Positions 61,875 through 64,000 of a stretch of DNA of 64,000 nucleotides are shown piece by piece; positions within the stretch are counted from its first letter, which is position 1, and each line of letters begins with the position of its first letter. The notes beneath the pieces were generated by a model. The model saw only the letters and a program-made list of their open reading frames with translations, had not been told where the DNA came from and did not search any database. Both the position numbers and the translations under genes were made by a program. Source of the stretch: Candidatus Heimdallarchaeota archaeon (GTDB taxonomy: Archaea > Asgardarchaeota > Heimdallarchaeia > Hodarchaeales > Hodarchaeaceae); the NCBI GenBank assembly GCA_011364965.1, contig RDOB01000005.1, positions 64,001 through 128,000 of the forward strand. Reading direction: 5' to 3'.

Positions 61875-62003
61875 CTAACTTACTGTTTGAGAATTCACAG
61901 GAATCTGACTATTACTTCTTATTTGCAACTCTTCTTCTTTTCTTTTACAATTTACGCATTCCTTATTGGGATTAAGGACAGTTCCACAGACATCACAAAA
62001 CAC
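61875..62003 (-). CDS. 42-aa C4 zinc-finger microprotein (not in ORF track)
   Basis: GTG start after AGGAGG; MFCDVCGTVLNPNKECVNCKRKEEELQIRSNSQIPVNSQTVS. Confidence 0.7.
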   Translation of the reverse strand: MFCDVCGTVLNPNKECVNCKRKEEELQIRSNSQIPVNSQTVS

Positions 62004-62027
62004 TGAAATCTAAACCTCCTTTCAGAA

Positions 62028-62177
62028 TCTCAAACTCCCAGGAAAAGTTGAGAAAAAGTTTCTTAGACAAAAATATATTGTGTAACAATGATGATGACAC
62101 CCATAAGCCAATGGGCATTGGGATTTATAGATTGCATATTGTTACACCATTTTCAGAACAGGAGTTTCCTGGCCTCC
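62028..62177 (-). promoter_or_regulatory. Conserved structured leader element, copy 2
   Basis: Ungapped paralogue of 30399-30548. Confidence 0.85.
62063..62137 (-). CDS. Ile/Val-rich 24-aa putative leader peptide MQSINPNAHWLMGVIIIVTQYIFV
   Basis: Manual translation; paralogue of 30434-30508. Confidence 0.75.
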   Translation of the reverse strand: MQSINPNAHWLMGVIIIVTQYIFV

Positions 62178-62202
62178 TGTATAATAGAATAATAACTGGA
62201 GT

Positions 62203-62219
62203 TTTTATAAGGTTTTTTC
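62203..62219 (-). promoter_or_regulatory. BRE/TATA promoter of leader copy 2
   Basis: Minus strand reads GAAAAAACC-TTATAAAA; TTATAA at 62205-62210, same spacing as copy 1. Confidence 0.7.
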
Positions 62220-62318
62220 TGCATGCAGACGAATTATCTATTTAGCTTGCTGACAAGAACAGCTCCTAATATTATTGTTTGTTTGACTTCTTAAGGCAAT
62301 CCTAGTATAATGACTTAC

Positions 62319-63389
62319 TTAAATTATTGTTTCAATCCATCCATATGGATCTTCTTTTCGGCCATACTGGATATCAATTAGATTTGTGTATAAGAGCTTA
62401 GAAATTGGGCCCACAGTCGATTTGTTGATCATATAAGACTTATCTTGATAATAAAGACTACCTATTGGAGCCACAGAGGCTGCAGTTCCTGCAGCAAAGC
62501 ATTCAGTTAGAGAACCATTGCCAATGGATTCTATCACAAAATCGATGCTTAAAGCTTTCTCGCGAACATAATATCCAGAATCATTAGCTAGAGTAAGAAT
62601 ACTCTCACGAGTAATCCCTGGTAAAATAGTTCCAGACAATGGGGGAGTGAAAATTTCATCATCTATTATGAAGAAGATATTCATTGCCCCTACTTCTTCT
62701 ATATAACGTTTATGGATGGCATCCAGCCATAAAACTTGGTTGAATCCTTTTCTTGTTGCTTCAGCAGTTACAAGCAAGCTCGCAGCATAATTACCTCCAG
62801 TTTTTACATTTCCCATCCCTCCTGGAGCTGCTCGAATATAATTTTCACTAACATAAATATTGACACATTGAAATCCTTCAGGGAAATAAGGTCCTGATGG
62901 TGACAAAATGATGTAAAAAATGAAATCTTGTGCAGTTCTAAGTCCAAGCATGGGAGTAGTGGCAATCATAGTTGGTCTTATATAGAGTGACGATCCTAAT
63001 TTCTTAGGGGCCCAATCTTTTTCCAGTTTAAGTAAAGTTATCAATCCTGTTCGATACAGCTCTTCATCAATTTCAGGCATCACTAAACGTCGTGCTGAAG
63101 AGTTGAAACGTTCGATATTTTTATCTAGACGGAAAAGGTTCAGGTTTCCTTCAGGTGTTCGATATGCTTTTTGACCTTCAAAAATAGTCTGACCGTAATG
63201 TAAGCAAACTGCAGAGGGATTTAACTCAATATTATCATATTTCACTATTCTAGGAATCTTCCATTGATCTTCTTCATAGTTCACAATAAACATTCTATCA
63301 GTAAAAACTTGGCCAAATCCTAACTCTTCATCCGATGAATATTTTACCTTTAAATCCTCAAGCGATAATGATTCAATTGTAATTTCCAA
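62319..63389 (-). CDS. ilvE: Branched-chain amino acid aminotransferase
   Basis: LGFGQVFTDRM, LHYGQTIFEGQKAY, LYIRP, KTGGNYA, EEVGAMNIF, ILPGITRES, GTAA. Confidence 0.95.
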   Translation of the reverse strand: MEITIESLSLEDLKVKYSSDEELGFGQVFTDRMFIVNYEEDQWKIPRIVKYDNIELNPSAVCLHYGQTIFEGQKAYRTPEGNLNLFRLDKNIERFNSSARRLVMPEIDEELYRTGLITLLKLEKDWAPKKLGSSLYIRPTMIATTPMLGLRTAQDFIFYIILSPSGPYFPEGFQCVNIYVSENYIRAAPGGMGNVKTGGNYAASLLVTAEATRKGFNQVLWLDAIHKRYIEEVGAMNIFFIIDDEIFTPPLSGTILPGITRESILTLANDSGYYVREKALSIDFVIESIGNGSLTECFAAGTAASVAPIGSLYYQDKSYMINKSTVGPISKLLYTNLIDIQYGRKEDPYGWIETII

Positions 63390-63587
63390 TTTGACTTACT
63401 CCATGATAATAATTACACTTCAATAGGTAAAAATGAAAAAACTGATGTATCTACCATCTACTGATGAGAAAAAGGATTATTACGAAGATGTTAAATATAT
63501 ATCAGGTGTTATCATTTGTAGGTTCGGTATCAGGAAAAAGCTTAAACATAGAAGTCATTCTTTTATTTGAGATCCGTGTGTGTTAAC

Positions 63588-64000
63588 ATGATTGGGATTG
63601 AATTTACGAGTAAAATCAGTGGAATGCCTCTATTCAGTCATGAATTCCGTCCCCACACGCTTTTTAATAGTGATATCCGAGGTGGACTGATTACTGCTAT
63701 AATGCAAGTAATGGGAGAGACTTTTGGGCAACAAGAAACGAAGATTGTTAGTTATGGACATTATTCTGCTATCCTTGCTGAAGGAGAATATGTATATGGT
63801 ATTCTCTTTACCTTTCAAGTCTCAAGTCAATATGAGAAATTTATTGCCAAGATGGTAGCAGATTTCGAGGAAAAATATAAGGAAATGCTCTCGGTTATTA
63901 ACGAACCTGATACAATAATTCTAACTGAGGATTATGATTTCTCCCAAGAATGTGTTGATGCTTATAATTCTTTATTACATATTGATGCAACTCGATTAAG
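63588..64000 (+). CDS. Longin-like domain protein (3' partial, not in ORF track)
   Basis: Open to the window end: MIGIEFTSKISGMPLFSHEF...DIRGGLITAIMQVMGETFG...KMVADFEEKY. Confidence 0.65.
   Translation, partial: MIGIEFTSKISGMPLFSHEFRPHTLFNSDIRGGLITAIMQVMGETFGQQETKIVSYGHYSAILAEGEYVYGILFTFQVSSQYEKFIAKMVADFEEKYKEMLSVINEPDTIILTEDYDFSQECVDAYNSLLHIDATRL

Noticed and set aside
30399-62177. The two 150-nt copies as a MITE/IS or as prophage att sites
   Set aside because: No transposase or integrase, no target-site duplication seen, housekeeping genes lie between them, and divergence follows codon and helix constraints.
62048-62245. 65-aa plus-strand ORF-track call
   Set aside because: It is the antisense shadow of leader copy 2; promoter orientation and synonymous changes support the minus strand.
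63390-63587. Attenuator upstream of ilvE
   Set aside because: The short minus-strand ORFs lack Ile/Leu/Val runs and show no similarity to the repeated element.

Overview
AT-rich, gene-dense archaeal DNA, most likely from an Asgard archaeon (Heimdallarchaeia/Hodarchaeales-like). This assignment is inferred from two roadblock/LC7 proteins, two longin-like proteins, a uDENN/longin-like TPR protein, archaeal TATA/BRE promoters and an archaeal/eukaryote-type IleRS. Content is mostly housekeeping or metabolic: MtnA, a beta-CASP nuclease, a flotillin/NfeD pair, a leucine-catabolism cluster, GlnA-nitrilase-NadE-GATase, AlaRS, IleRS, Lhr helicase with its phosphoesterase, peptidases, a 5'-nucleotidase and IlvE. 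I saw no rRNA, tRNA, CRISPR array or transposase. The main observation is a 150-nt element present twice on the minus strand (30399-30548 and 62028-62177) that aligns without gaps. Each copy has a TATA box at the same spacing, encodes an unannotated 24-aa peptide with a conserved Ile-Ile-Ile-Val run, and can form covarying, competing RNA helices. One copy leads ileS. The other lies just after ilvE and leads two small zinc-finger genes. It looks like an isoleucine-sensing leader-peptide attenuator in an archaeon; a type I toxin-like RNA is the main alternative. Two degenerate NadE paralogues flanking a transporter and several missed small Zn-finger ORFs are also notable.
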